Shown: positions 1 through 7,905 of the stretch, piece by piece | How positions within the stretch are numbered: the first letter of the stretch is position 1 | Layout of the letters: every line of letters starts with the position of its first letter | Origin: Candidatus Beckwithbacteria bacterium GW2011_GWC1_49_16 | Lineage (GTDB): Bacteria > Patescibacteriota > Microgenomatia > UBA1400 > CG1-02-47-37 | Assembly (NCBI GenBank): GCA_001029675.1 | Contig: CP011210.1 | Span: 128,193 to 192,192, forward strand | Length of the DNA: 64,000 nucleotides | Direction: 5' to 3' | Program-made: the position numbers and the translations under genes | Notes under the pieces: model-generated | The model's database searches: none | What the model saw: only the letters and a program-made list of their open reading frames with translations | Told to the model about the DNA's origin: nothing

Positions 1-1
1 C

Positions 2-949
2 CAGCGGGACACCAAGATTGCCTCCCGGAGATTGCCGGATTTGTCGGTGAGTTTGGGACCTTATAACCTAACCAAGCCGATTATCGCCTCGCCGATGGAC
101 ACGATTACCGGAGAAAAAATGGTCAGGCTGATGCATGAGATGGGAGCGATTGCCGTTTTGCCGCGGGGGGATTTAACCAGAAACGGTAAGCTGTGCCGCA
201 AGTTTACCCGGGCAAAAATCCGCTGTATTTACGCCATTGGTTTGAAAAACGCCCTGGAAGAGGCCAAGGCTTACAAAAAGTGGGGGGCCAAGGTGATTTT
301 GATCGACGTGGCCCACGGCGGCATGAGCCAAGTAGTCAAGGCGGCCAAAGAGATTGGCGAAAGACTGAAGCTGACGGTGATGGCGGGCAACATCGCCTCG
401 TTTTCCCAGGCCCAGGAATATAAAAAGGCGGGCCTAAAAATTGCCCGGGTGGGAGTGGGTTGCGGCGGTTTGTGTATTACCCGGTTGGTGGCCGGAGCGG
501 GAGTGCCGCAGCTGTCGGCGATTTTTGATACTAGTGCAAGCGGGTTGCAGATTGTCGCCGATGGGGGCATCAGGCGGCCGGCAGATTTTGCCAAAGCCAT
601 TGCTGCCGGGGCGGATTTGGTAATGATCGGTTCGATGTTGGCCGGAACGGATGAGACACCGGGCAAGGTGATCGGCGGCAGGAAAGAGGTCCGCGGCCAG
701 GCGTCGGAGGCCTATATGAAAGATAACGACGTCGAGCTGGGTGAGTTTCGGGCGGCCGAGGGCATCAGTACCATGGTCAAGGTCAAAGGCTCGGCCCGTC
801 ACGTGATCAATGATTTGGCGGCGGGACTAAGAAGCGCCATGAGCTACACCGGAGCTAAAACAATCCGCGAGTTTCAGCAAAAAGCCGAGTTTGTGCTGGT
901 GACCAAGTCGGCCCAAATCGAAAACCAGCCGCATATTTTAAGCCTCTAA
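2..949 (+). CDS. IMP dehydrogenase/GMP reductase family protein (GuaC-like), 5' partial at window edge
   Basis: The frame is open from nt 2. The protein aligns to GuaC from about residue 45 (PIIASPMDT, IDVAHG, GVGCGGLCITR with the catalytic Cys, IVADGGIR, GADLVMIGSMLAG). There are no CBS domains. Confidence 0.7.
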   Translation, partial: QRDTKIASRRLPDLSVSLGPYNLTKPIIASPMDTITGEKMVRLMHEMGAIAVLPRGDLTRNGKLCRKFTRAKIRCIYAIGLKNALEEAKAYKKWGAKVILIDVAHGGMSQVVKAAKEIGERLKLTVMAGNIASFSQAQEYKKAGLKIARVGVGCGGLCITRLVAGAGVPQLSAIFDTSASGLQIVADGGIRRPADFAKAIAAGADLVMIGSMLAGTDETPGKVIGGRKEVRGQASEAYMKDNDVELGEFRAAEGISTMVKVKGSARHVINDLAAGLRSAMSYTGAKTIREFQQKAEFVLVTKSAQIENQPHILSL

Positions 950-973
950 GAAGCAGCTGCTAGCTCCTAGGTT

Positions 974-1501
974 CTAAGGGTTAGGTAGATTATTACTAGT
1001 TTCAGAATAGAAGGATAGATTTCTAGCAATGGTGGCTCTTGTTTCTCTGCGTACTTCCGCGTTTGTTAAAGGACGCCCCATGGATTCAGCCATTTCTTTT
1101 CGCATTGTAAAACTATAATCCATGGCGTTTTTGTTTAGCGGAATATCGAGTCTCATGATTTTGTCTAATAAAGGTTCTTTGTCCGTTTCTTGAACATTTG
1201 GGAGCAGTAAACAAATTTTAAAGCTAATTTTACCGTGCATACTATTAACGGGAATGGTTTCTAGCGATGAATCAGGCACGATTGTCTTTACGGTCTCTAT
1301 AAATCTAGAAAAATTTCCTTCTTCAACCAATGCCCAATAAATTTCTGTTTGAAAGTTGTAATCTCTAAGGACATTTTTGGCTTCGTTAAATAATTTTAGT
1401 TCCTTTTCTGCTTTGGGTGGGTAGTGAAATTTAATTTCTAATACCTTTCCCATGCTGTTGGTGTCGCCACGAATTAGAGTTAACAAGGCGTGATTGTTCA
1501 T
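974..1501 (-). CDS. hypothetical protein in an AT-rich island
   Basis: A 175-aa ORF fills the interval. GC is clearly lower than in the neighbouring genes. No motif was recognised. Confidence 0.45.
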   Translation of the reverse strand: MNNHALLTLIRGDTNSMGKVLEIKFHYPPKAEKELKLFNEAKNVLRDYNFQTEIYWALVEEGNFSRFIETVKTIVPDSSLETIPVNSMHGKISFKICLLLPNVQETDKEPLLDKIMRLDIPLNKNAMDYSFTMRKEMAESMGRPLTNAEVRRETRATIARNLSFYSETSNNLPNP

Positions 1502-1561
1502 GTTGGGCGATTATACAGTAAACAGAGTTAAACCACTATAGGTTAGACTGTGAGCTGAGGG

Positions 1562-1828
1562 TTATTTGAATTTTTGTTCCAGGCGGGAGAGTTGGAGGGT
1601 AACCAGAACGGCCAGGGCGGTGACTAAAACTGCGTAGATGATAAGAGAAATTAAGCCCGAGCCTTGGCCGATTAAAGGTTTGATGTAGGTGTCGACGGTT
1701 TCTTTGATGACATTGTTCCAGGCAAGCGCGGCGACTAAACCAAAGCCGGAAGTGGCCAGCGCCGTCATTTGCTTGATGACGCTTTTGGGCAGGTCTTTGG
1801 TGGATTGGGGGGGGTTGATTTTGGTCAT
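1562..1828 (-). CDS. small membrane protein
   Basis: An 88-aa ORF with two hydrophobic helices (GFGLVAALAW, LISLIIYAVLVTALAVLV). Confidence 0.5.
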   Translation of the reverse strand: MTKINPPQSTKDLPKSVIKQMTALATSGFGLVAALAWNNVIKETVDTYIKPLIGQGSGLISLIIYAVLVTALAVLVTLQLSRLEQKFK

Positions 1829-1836
1829 ACATAATT

Positions 1837-2580
1837 TTAGCCGGTTTGGGGTTTGACTTCCAGGAAGGGTTTTTGTGCTTCAGGAATGAGGTCGGGGTTA
1901 ACCGGAAAGTGGATGGTGGCGTAGGGGGGGCGGGGGATTTGGTTGCGGTTAAGGTTTGGAGCCAGCCGGCCTTTGATGGCCAGGCTTTCTCGGCCCTGAC
2001 CGCCGTCGTCGCAGCCGTAGCCGTGGATCCAGATAGACGGATGAAAGGAAAACATGGCCCGGCCGTGGGCAAGACCGGGAAGGTTGATCTTGCCGCCCGG
2101 GGTTTTTGAGGCCAGGGCGTAGACGTAAAACTTGGGGTAGGGCAGTTTAGTCTTTCGGGAGCGGTTTAAAGCGTCAAACTGGTTTTTGATGGTGCTGATG
2201 GCGCAGTTTAAGGTGTTTTGAGTGTCGACTACGGCCTCGGTGAAAACAACGGGCAGGACCCGGCCGGACTTTTTGATGATGAAATCCAGGTGGGGAGGGT
2301 AGAGGCAGGCAGGTTTACTCCGGCGGCGGTTTTGTTCGTCGTAGTAGCTGATGCGCATCGGGTTGACCCGGACCGGGCCGGCCAGGGCTAAAATGGCCCC
2401 TAGCTGGTTGCCGCCTTTGGCGATGGGAACGACGGAAACGCGGTTGTCGGGAAAGAGGTGCTTGAATTCGGCGGTTAAAGAGGCCAGAGCCTGGAGGCAA
2501 AGGCTGGAGGGGATCAAAGTAATGGCGGTGTCAAAAGAAGTGGCGGCAGCAATGGGGTTTTTGAGTTGGGCCATCGGCAT
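1837..2580 (-). CDS. phosphoribosyltransferase-like protein (HPRT-like fold, degenerate PRPP motif)
   Basis: VVPIAKGGNQLG, ISYYDE and VLPVVFTEAVVDTQNTL resemble the HPRT motifs VLKGG, SSY and VLIVEDIIDTGLTL. The acidic PRPP-binding residues are substituted. A C-terminal extension is present. Confidence 0.4.
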   Translation of the reverse strand: MPMAQLKNPIAAATSFDTAITLIPSSLCLQALASLTAEFKHLFPDNRVSVVPIAKGGNQLGAILALAGPVRVNPMRISYYDEQNRRRSKPACLYPPHLDFIIKKSGRVLPVVFTEAVVDTQNTLNCAISTIKNQFDALNRSRKTKLPYPKFYVYALASKTPGGKINLPGLAHGRAMFSFHPSIWIHGYGCDDGGQGRESLAIKGRLAPNLNRNQIPRPPYATIHFPVNPDLIPEAQKPFLEVKPQTG

Positions 2581-2649
2581 TATTGTAGCATTAAAACTGA
2601 CGCTTGTTTTTTACCGCAAAAGGTGCGAGAATTAGTGCGGAAAATCAAC

Positions 2650-3723
2650 ATGTATCAGCCAAAATTTACCATTAGCAACGAAATTTTAAAATATATCGGG
2701 GAGATTGGCGGAGCCAAAGAGGTAATTGATTATGCAGTGATGGTGCCGGCGTGGGAGGCGAAATTTAAAGAGGAGGCGATGGTGCGGACGGTCCATTTTG
2801 GCACCAAGATTGAAGGGAACGAACTGAATTTTTCTCAAACAGAGAGGGTAATGAAAGGTGAAGAGGTCATCGCCCGGGAAAGAGACATTCAGGAAGTTTT
2901 AAACTATAGAAACGTGATGGAATATATCGACCGATTGGGGGAGAGGTTCGGCGAGAAGGGGCCGGGCGGGTCAGCAGCCAGCTATTCCGAAGGCTGGCTC
3001 CAAAAAATCCACCAGTTGACCACCGAGAAGATTTTAGAGAAAGGTAGAGCCGGGGAGTATCGAACCAGTCGGGTGGTGGTAAAAAACAGCGCCACGGGCG
3101 AGGTGAGTTTCCGGCCGCCTTTGCCGGTGGAAGTCGAGGTGCAACTAGCCGAATTTTTTGAGTGGCTCAACAGCGACGAGGGGAAAAAGCTTCATCCGGT
3201 TTTGCGAGCCGGGATAACCCATTATGAGCTGGTGCGGATTCATCCCTTTGTGGACGGCAATGGCCGGGTGGCCAGAGCTTTTGCTCTTTTAGTTTTGTTT
3301 CGCGAAGGCTATGATGTGAAGCGGTTTTTCTCGATCGAGGAGTATTTTGACAAGAATGCCCCAGCGTATTACCAGGCGCTTCAGGCGGTGTCGCAGGCTC
3401 GCGGGGACTTGACCTTCTGGCTGGAGTTTTTTACCAAAGCTTTGGCGATTGAACTAACTAAAATTAAAGACAGGGTCAGGAGCTTGTCGATTGACTTTAA
3501 GTGGCGGGACAGGTTGGGCCGGCAGATTGCGCTTTCGGCGCGGCAGATTAAACTGATGGAAATGTTGACCGACAAAGACAAGCTTTTTATGAGGGAAGCC
3601 AGAGAGAAGTTTGCCGACGTGTCTGATGATACTATTTTGCGGGACATTAAAGATTTGATGGACAAGGGGATTTTGAAGAAGAAAGGCAGCACCAAGGCAG
3701 CGTATTACATGATGCGAAATTAA
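2650..3723 (+). CDS. Fic family protein with a C-terminal winged-HTH domain
   Basis: Fic motif HPFVDGNGRVARAF. The C-terminal helix-turn-helix region reads ILRDIKDLMDKGILKKKGSTKAAYY. The start was trimmed to Met29 (MYQPKF) to avoid overlap with the upstream gene on the opposite strand. Confidence 0.8.
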   Translation: MYQPKFTISNEILKYIGEIGGAKEVIDYAVMVPAWEAKFKEEAMVRTVHFGTKIEGNELNFSQTERVMKGEEVIARERDIQEVLNYRNVMEYIDRLGERFGEKGPGGSAASYSEGWLQKIHQLTTEKILEKGRAGEYRTSRVVVKNSATGEVSFRPPLPVEVEVQLAEFFEWLNSDEGKKLHPVLRAGITHYELVRIHPFVDGNGRVARAFALLVLFREGYDVKRFFSIEEYFDKNAPAYYQALQAVSQARGDLTFWLEFFTKALAIELTKIKDRVRSLSIDFKWRDRLGRQIALSARQIKLMEMLTDKDKLFMREAREKFADVSDDTILRDIKDLMDKGILKKKGSTKAAYYMMRN

Positions 3724-3726
3724 TTT

Positions 3727-5523
3727 ATGAAGTTCAAGCGCTTTGCCGAGTATTTAGAGAGAATTGAGCAAACGCCGTCGCGGCTTAAAATGACTTCAGT
3801 TTTGGCCGAGCTTTTTGGAGAGGCGACGGCTGACGAGATCGACCAAATGGTTTATTTGGCTTTGGGGAGATTACGGCCTAAGTACGAGAGTGTTGAGTTT
3901 AACCTGGCAGAAAAAATGATGTTTAGAGTGATGGCCGAGGCGTACCAGGTTGAGCCGGCAAAAGTAAAGCAAGCGTTCAAAAAGACTGGTGATTTAGGCG
4001 GGGCGGTGGAGGAGTTGCCCCACTTCGCCAAAGCTTCGAGGGGTACAGCTAAAGATTTATCGGTGGCAGAGGTGTACCAGCGGCTGATGGATGTAGCGGC
4101 GGACGAGGGGGTGGGTAGCCAGGAAAGAAAAGTTAACCATATGGCTAATTTGATCCGCGACCTTGACAGCCTGTCGGCAAAGTATGTGTTGCGGATTCCG
4201 GTAAAAAAGTTGAGGTTGGGGTTTTCGGACATGACGGTTTTGGATGGATTATCCTGGATGGAGGCAGGCGACAAGAGTTTGCGGCCTCAACTGGAGCGGG
4301 CTTTTAACGTGTCGGCCGATATCGGCGGCATTGCGGAGAGGTTTAAAAAAGGCGGTCTGGCCGGGGTGGCGGGGGTCAAGGTAAAGGTGGCGGTGCCGAT
4401 CAGAACGGCGCAGGCGGAAAGGCTGCCGAATGAGAAAGCGGTGGTGGAGAAACTCAAAGTGTTTGCGGTGGAGGGCAAATACGACGGTTTGAGGGTGCAA
4501 ATCCATGTCGATAAATCTCCAGACTCAAAGCGCAAGATTCAAAGTGATTTGTTCGGTGAGTCAAAAAAATTTGTGGAGATATTTTCTCGCAATCTGGACA
4601 ACATGACGCATATGTTCCCCGACATCGTGGCGGCGGCCGACAAACTAAAAGTTAAAACGGCGATTTTGGACGGGGAAGCGGTTGCGTTTGAGCCTAAAAC
4701 CGGCAAGTCTTTACCTTTTCAGGAAACGGTGACCAGAAAAAGAAAACACGGAGTCAAAAATAAGGCAAAAGAGATGCCGCTAAAGGTGATTATCTATGAT
4801 TTACTATATCTTAACGGTACAACATTGATCGAGAAACCGTTTAAGGAGAGAAGAAAGCAGCTGGAAAAAGTCTTGGGTAGGAATGGAAAAACCGACGGAC
4901 TGGAGCTGGCAGAGCAAGAAATTGTCAGCGAGCCGGAGAGGTTAAACCAGCTTTTAAAAAAATACCTTAAGGAAGGGTTAGAGGGAGTGATGTGTAAGAA
5001 GTTAACCACGGCTTATCAGGCCGGAGCCAGAAATTTTAACTGGGTGAAGCTGAAAAAAACTTCCCAAAAGGAATTGGCCGACACCATCGATTGCGTGGTG
5101 ATGGGCTATTATGCCGGCCGGGGCAAGAGGAGCGGGTTTGGTATCGGGGCGTTTTTGGTCGGTGTTACCCACAAATCCGAAGCACGAAGTACGAAATCCG
5201 AAATCGGGGTTGGGTCGGTGGCCAAAATTGGTACAGGCTTGACCGACGAGCAGTGGCGGGAGATCCGCCGGCGGGCGGACAAATTGAAAGTTAAGGCTAA
5301 ACCGGAGGAGTATGTGGTGGACAAGAATTTGGCGCCCGACGTTTGGGTGAGGCCAGAGATGGTGGTAGAGATTTTGGCGGATGAAATAACTCGCAGCCCG
5401 ATTCACGCTTTTGGCTTGGCTTTGCGTTTCCCGCGGCTTATTAGTTTTCGTGACGACAAGGATGTTGGCCAGGCGACGACAAAGCGCGAGCTTGAGCGGC
5501 TGTTTAAGCTGCAGCGGGGTTAG
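3727..5523 (+). CDS. lig: ATP-dependent DNA ligase (archaeal/eukaryotic type)
   Basis: Adenylation motif EGKYDGLRVQIH (KxDG). Length is 598 aa. The C-terminal OB-domain region reads VVEILADEITRSP. Confidence 0.9.
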   Translation: MKFKRFAEYLERIEQTPSRLKMTSVLAELFGEATADEIDQMVYLALGRLRPKYESVEFNLAEKMMFRVMAEAYQVEPAKVKQAFKKTGDLGGAVEELPHFAKASRGTAKDLSVAEVYQRLMDVAADEGVGSQERKVNHMANLIRDLDSLSAKYVLRIPVKKLRLGFSDMTVLDGLSWMEAGDKSLRPQLERAFNVSADIGGIAERFKKGGLAGVAGVKVKVAVPIRTAQAERLPNEKAVVEKLKVFAVEGKYDGLRVQIHVDKSPDSKRKIQSDLFGESKKFVEIFSRNLDNMTHMFPDIVAAADKLKVKTAILDGEAVAFEPKTGKSLPFQETVTRKRKHGVKNKAKEMPLKVIIYDLLYLNGTTLIEKPFKERRKQLEKVLGRNGKTDGLELAEQEIVSEPERLNQLLKKYLKEGLEGVMCKKLTTAYQAGARNFNWVKLKKTSQKELADTIDCVVMGYYAGRGKRSGFGIGAFLVGVTHKSEARSTKSEIGVGSVAKIGTGLTDEQWREIRRRADKLKVKAKPEEYVVDKNLAPDVWVRPEMVVEILADEITRSPIHAFGLALRFPRLISFRDDKDVGQATTKRELERLFKLQRG

Positions 5524-5557
5524 GGTTTTTTCTTAAAAAGTAGGGTAAAATATATCT

Positions 5558-5791
5558 ATGGTTTCAGCTTTACCCAAATTTCTCCATAAATATTTTTGGG
5601 GCGATCGGTTAAGCGAGCTTAATTTGAAAGATCACCGGCGCTACATTATCCAGACAATTTTGGAAAAAGGTGATCGCCGGGCGGCCTCGTGGCTAATAAA
5701 AAAAGTTGGCAAAAAAACCCTGAAAAACAACTTGCCGGTTTTGTCTTTAAGCCCTAAAGCCTTTAATTTCTGGCGGCTGTACTTGTCATGA
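5558..5791 (+). CDS. small protein, possible partner (antitoxin-like) of the downstream nucleotidyltransferase
   Basis: A 77-aa ORF overlaps the downstream gene by 4 nt (ATGA), consistent with translational coupling. No motif was recognised. Confidence 0.35.
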   Translation: MVSALPKFLHKYFWGDRLSELNLKDHRRYIIQTILEKGDRRAASWLIKKVGKKTLKNNLPVLSLSPKAFNFWRLYLS

Positions 5792-6423
5792 GCCAGAAAT
5801 TCTTCATTGATTCCCTGCCGCCTTTTACAGTTAAACTTTTAGCCTTGTTTCAGAAAGATAAATCGTCTTTTTTACCAGATTTTTATCTAACCGGAGGGAC
5901 GGCGCTTTCGTTACTTTTAGGTCACCGGGAGTCGGAAGATTTAGACTGGTTTAGCCCTAAAAATTTTGACCCGGTCAAACTTCAGTCGCAACTTTTAAAG
6001 CTCGGCAACTTATCCCGGGTGGAGTTGGAAGAAAATACTCTAAACGCTTATTTAAATGAAGTCAAAGTTCAATTTTTGGGTTATCCGTATCCCTTGTTGG
6101 GATCGCTAGCGACTTGGGGGAATATTAAAATCAGCTCTTTGCTGGACATCGCCTGTACTAAGGTGTTAACGATCGGAGTGAGGGGGAGTAAGAAAGACTT
6201 TGTTGACCTGTATTTTTTGTTAAAACAATTTTCTTTGGAAGAGTTATTTACTGCTTTAGCCAAAAAATACCGCCGGGTCGATTACAACCAGCCGCATATT
6301 TTGAAGGCTTTAGTGTATTTTGTTAATGCCGACAGTCAACCAATGCCCCGGATGCATCAACAAATCGATTGGGCAAAAATCAAGAAAGAAATAATTGGAA
6401 AAGTGAAAGCGATAAAACTTTAA
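5788..6423 (+). CDS. AbiEii/DUF1814-like nucleotidyltransferase (type IV toxin-like)
   Basis: YLTGGTALSLLLGHRESEDLDWF matches the Gly-rich GGTAL NTP-binding loop plus the acidic DxD motif typical of AbiEii-family nucleotidyltransferases. Confidence 0.55.
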   Translation: MSQKFFIDSLPPFTVKLLALFQKDKSSFLPDFYLTGGTALSLLLGHRESEDLDWFSPKNFDPVKLQSQLLKLGNLSRVELEENTLNAYLNEVKVQFLGYPYPLLGSLATWGNIKISSLLDIACTKVLTIGVRGSKKDFVDLYFLLKQFSLEELFTALAKKYRRVDYNQPHILKALVYFVNADSQPMPRMHQQIDWAKIKKEIIGKVKAIKL

Positions 6424-6480
6424 ACAGGCGCGAGCTTGAGGGATTATTTAAGCTGCAGCGGGGAAGTTGATTGAAATTAG

Positions 6481-7080
6481 TTACTGTCGTTCAATGCTGG
6501 ATGTTGTGTGGCCATCGAGACGATCAATATATTTTCCTGGATCACTTTTCTCCATATAGTTTAACCCCCGGATAAGGGAACCTTCAATTTTTGGTTCTAG
6601 ATAGCGATGCCTTCTTATAAGCTGGGCTATTTGCATGGGGTTAAATTCTCCAGTCACATATAGTCCTGTAATAAGAAAGTTTATAGCTGTGGCGTTATCC
6701 ATATTCTCGAGCGGTTCAGCCTTTATAAGCTCAGGACAGAAGACTCGGAGGTTATTTTTAATTCCTAAATGATTTAATGTTTCTAAAACTAAAGCTTTTG
6801 GATCTTGAGCCCATTCTGATTTAGTGAAAAACGCAACCCCGTCGATATCTGAATGTGGAGTAGCTACTCCTAAGGCAAATGACCCTACGACAACAATGGA
6901 AAGTTTATGTTCTCCCAAGGCCTGTTGAAGAGATTGAGTTATGTTACTAAGCCGCGCCTCGCTTTGTTGGCTGATTGAGGCATAGCTAGGGTAAGATTTA
7001 AGTTGGGAAAGGATAGTGGCGCGTTGCTGTTCAAAGCTGGCGCGCCATAATCTTATACCTCGTGGTGAAAACATACTCAT
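6481..7080 (-). CDS. nucleotidyltransferase domain protein (pol-beta-like minimal NTase with a helical C-terminal domain)
   Basis: GSFALGVATPHSDIDGVAFF is a GS...DxD pol-beta NTase motif. The start was trimmed to MSMFSPRG at 7080 to remove the overlap with the cofE-like gene. Confidence 0.6.
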   Translation of the reverse strand: MSMFSPRGIRLWRASFEQQRATILSQLKSYPSYASISQQSEARLSNITQSLQQALGEHKLSIVVVGSFALGVATPHSDIDGVAFFTKSEWAQDPKALVLETLNHLGIKNNLRVFCPELIKAEPLENMDNATAINFLITGLYVTGEFNPMQIAQLIRRHRYLEPKIEGSLIRGLNYMEKSDPGKYIDRLDGHTTSSIERQ

Positions 7081-7150
7081 TGTGAGAATTAAATTAAAAC
7101 AACGGCGAGAATTATACCACATTATTATAGGTTTGTTTACTTGTATAGGA

Positions 7151-7888
7151 CTAGGGTGAGGAATTAAGGGTTTTTTTGAAGACTTTAAGAAGCGGAGCGT
7201 AGAGGTCGGATTTGCCTTGGGGAATTTTGAGTTCAGAGAGGGTGGATTTGCTGGTGAAACGGATTTTGTCAAGGCCGCGGACAATCAAAAGTGGGGTTTG
7301 TTCGTTACCTTCGCCCATGATGACACCGCCGAAAGCGGCCAGGGCGTCGACGAGATTTGAGTTGGCCTCGACGATTTTGCGGCCGAAGATGTCCGGCTGG
7401 CCGACATAGGAATAGTTAGGATGAAAACCCCAGAAGCCGACGGAGATGCCCATATGGCCCCAGCGAAGCGGCAAACAAAAAGAGTCGGTGACGACGACGC
7501 CGAGGTTTTTTAAACGATACTTATTTCTAAGATGGGTCCAGATTTTTTTGGCAAACAGGTGGGGTTTTTGGGGTAATAAGATGTAGTGGTTTTTACCATT
7601 GGACCGGTCGACGCCGGCGTAAGGGGTTAAAGTTAAGTCCTTGACGGCCAGGCCGTGGGGGGTTTGGGGCAGCCAGCCGTCGGCCTCTTTTTTGATGAGG
7701 CGGATTTTATCTTTAAGAGTCATGTCGGGGGTGATTTTGACGCAGCGACCCTGATGGATGGAGACGAGCTTGGAGGTAATCAAAACCAAGTCTTTTTCTT
7801 TTAAGGCGGGGAGAGACTGGTCAAGGAGGCCAAAGAGATCGTCTTTTGGCGGCAGGAATTTTCTGGTTTTGACCGGAATAAAGTCCAT
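7151..7888 (-). CDS. CofE-like (F420-0:gamma-glutamyl ligase family) protein
   Basis: Block-wise similarity to CofE: ITSKLVSIHQGRCVKI, AGVDRSNG, LGVVVTDSFCLPLRWGHMGISVGFWG, VIMGEGNEQTPLLIVRGLD. Confidence 0.75.
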   Translation of the reverse strand: MDFIPVKTRKFLPPKDDLFGLLDQSLPALKEKDLVLITSKLVSIHQGRCVKITPDMTLKDKIRLIKKEADGWLPQTPHGLAVKDLTLTPYAGVDRSNGKNHYILLPQKPHLFAKKIWTHLRNKYRLKNLGVVVTDSFCLPLRWGHMGISVGFWGFHPNYSYVGQPDIFGRKIVEANSNLVDALAAFGGVIMGEGNEQTPLLIVRGLDKIRFTSKSTLSELKIPQGKSDLYAPLLKVFKKTLNSSP

Positions 7889-7905
7889 GAGTTAGGATAT
7901 TATAA

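Noticed and set aside
2566-2649. Upstream start of the Fic ORF overlapping the convergent/divergent neighbour
   Set aside because: It would overlap the opposite-strand PRTase-like gene by about 15 nt with a non-Fic-like N-terminus. Met29 was chosen instead. This remains uncertain.
5160-5220. Short direct repeats (AAATCCGAA x2, CGAAG x2) inside the ligase gene, encoding THKSEARSTKSEIG
   Set aside because: They may be another small in-frame insertion, but there is no palindromic structure and no second copy elsewhere in the window. The evidence is insufficient.
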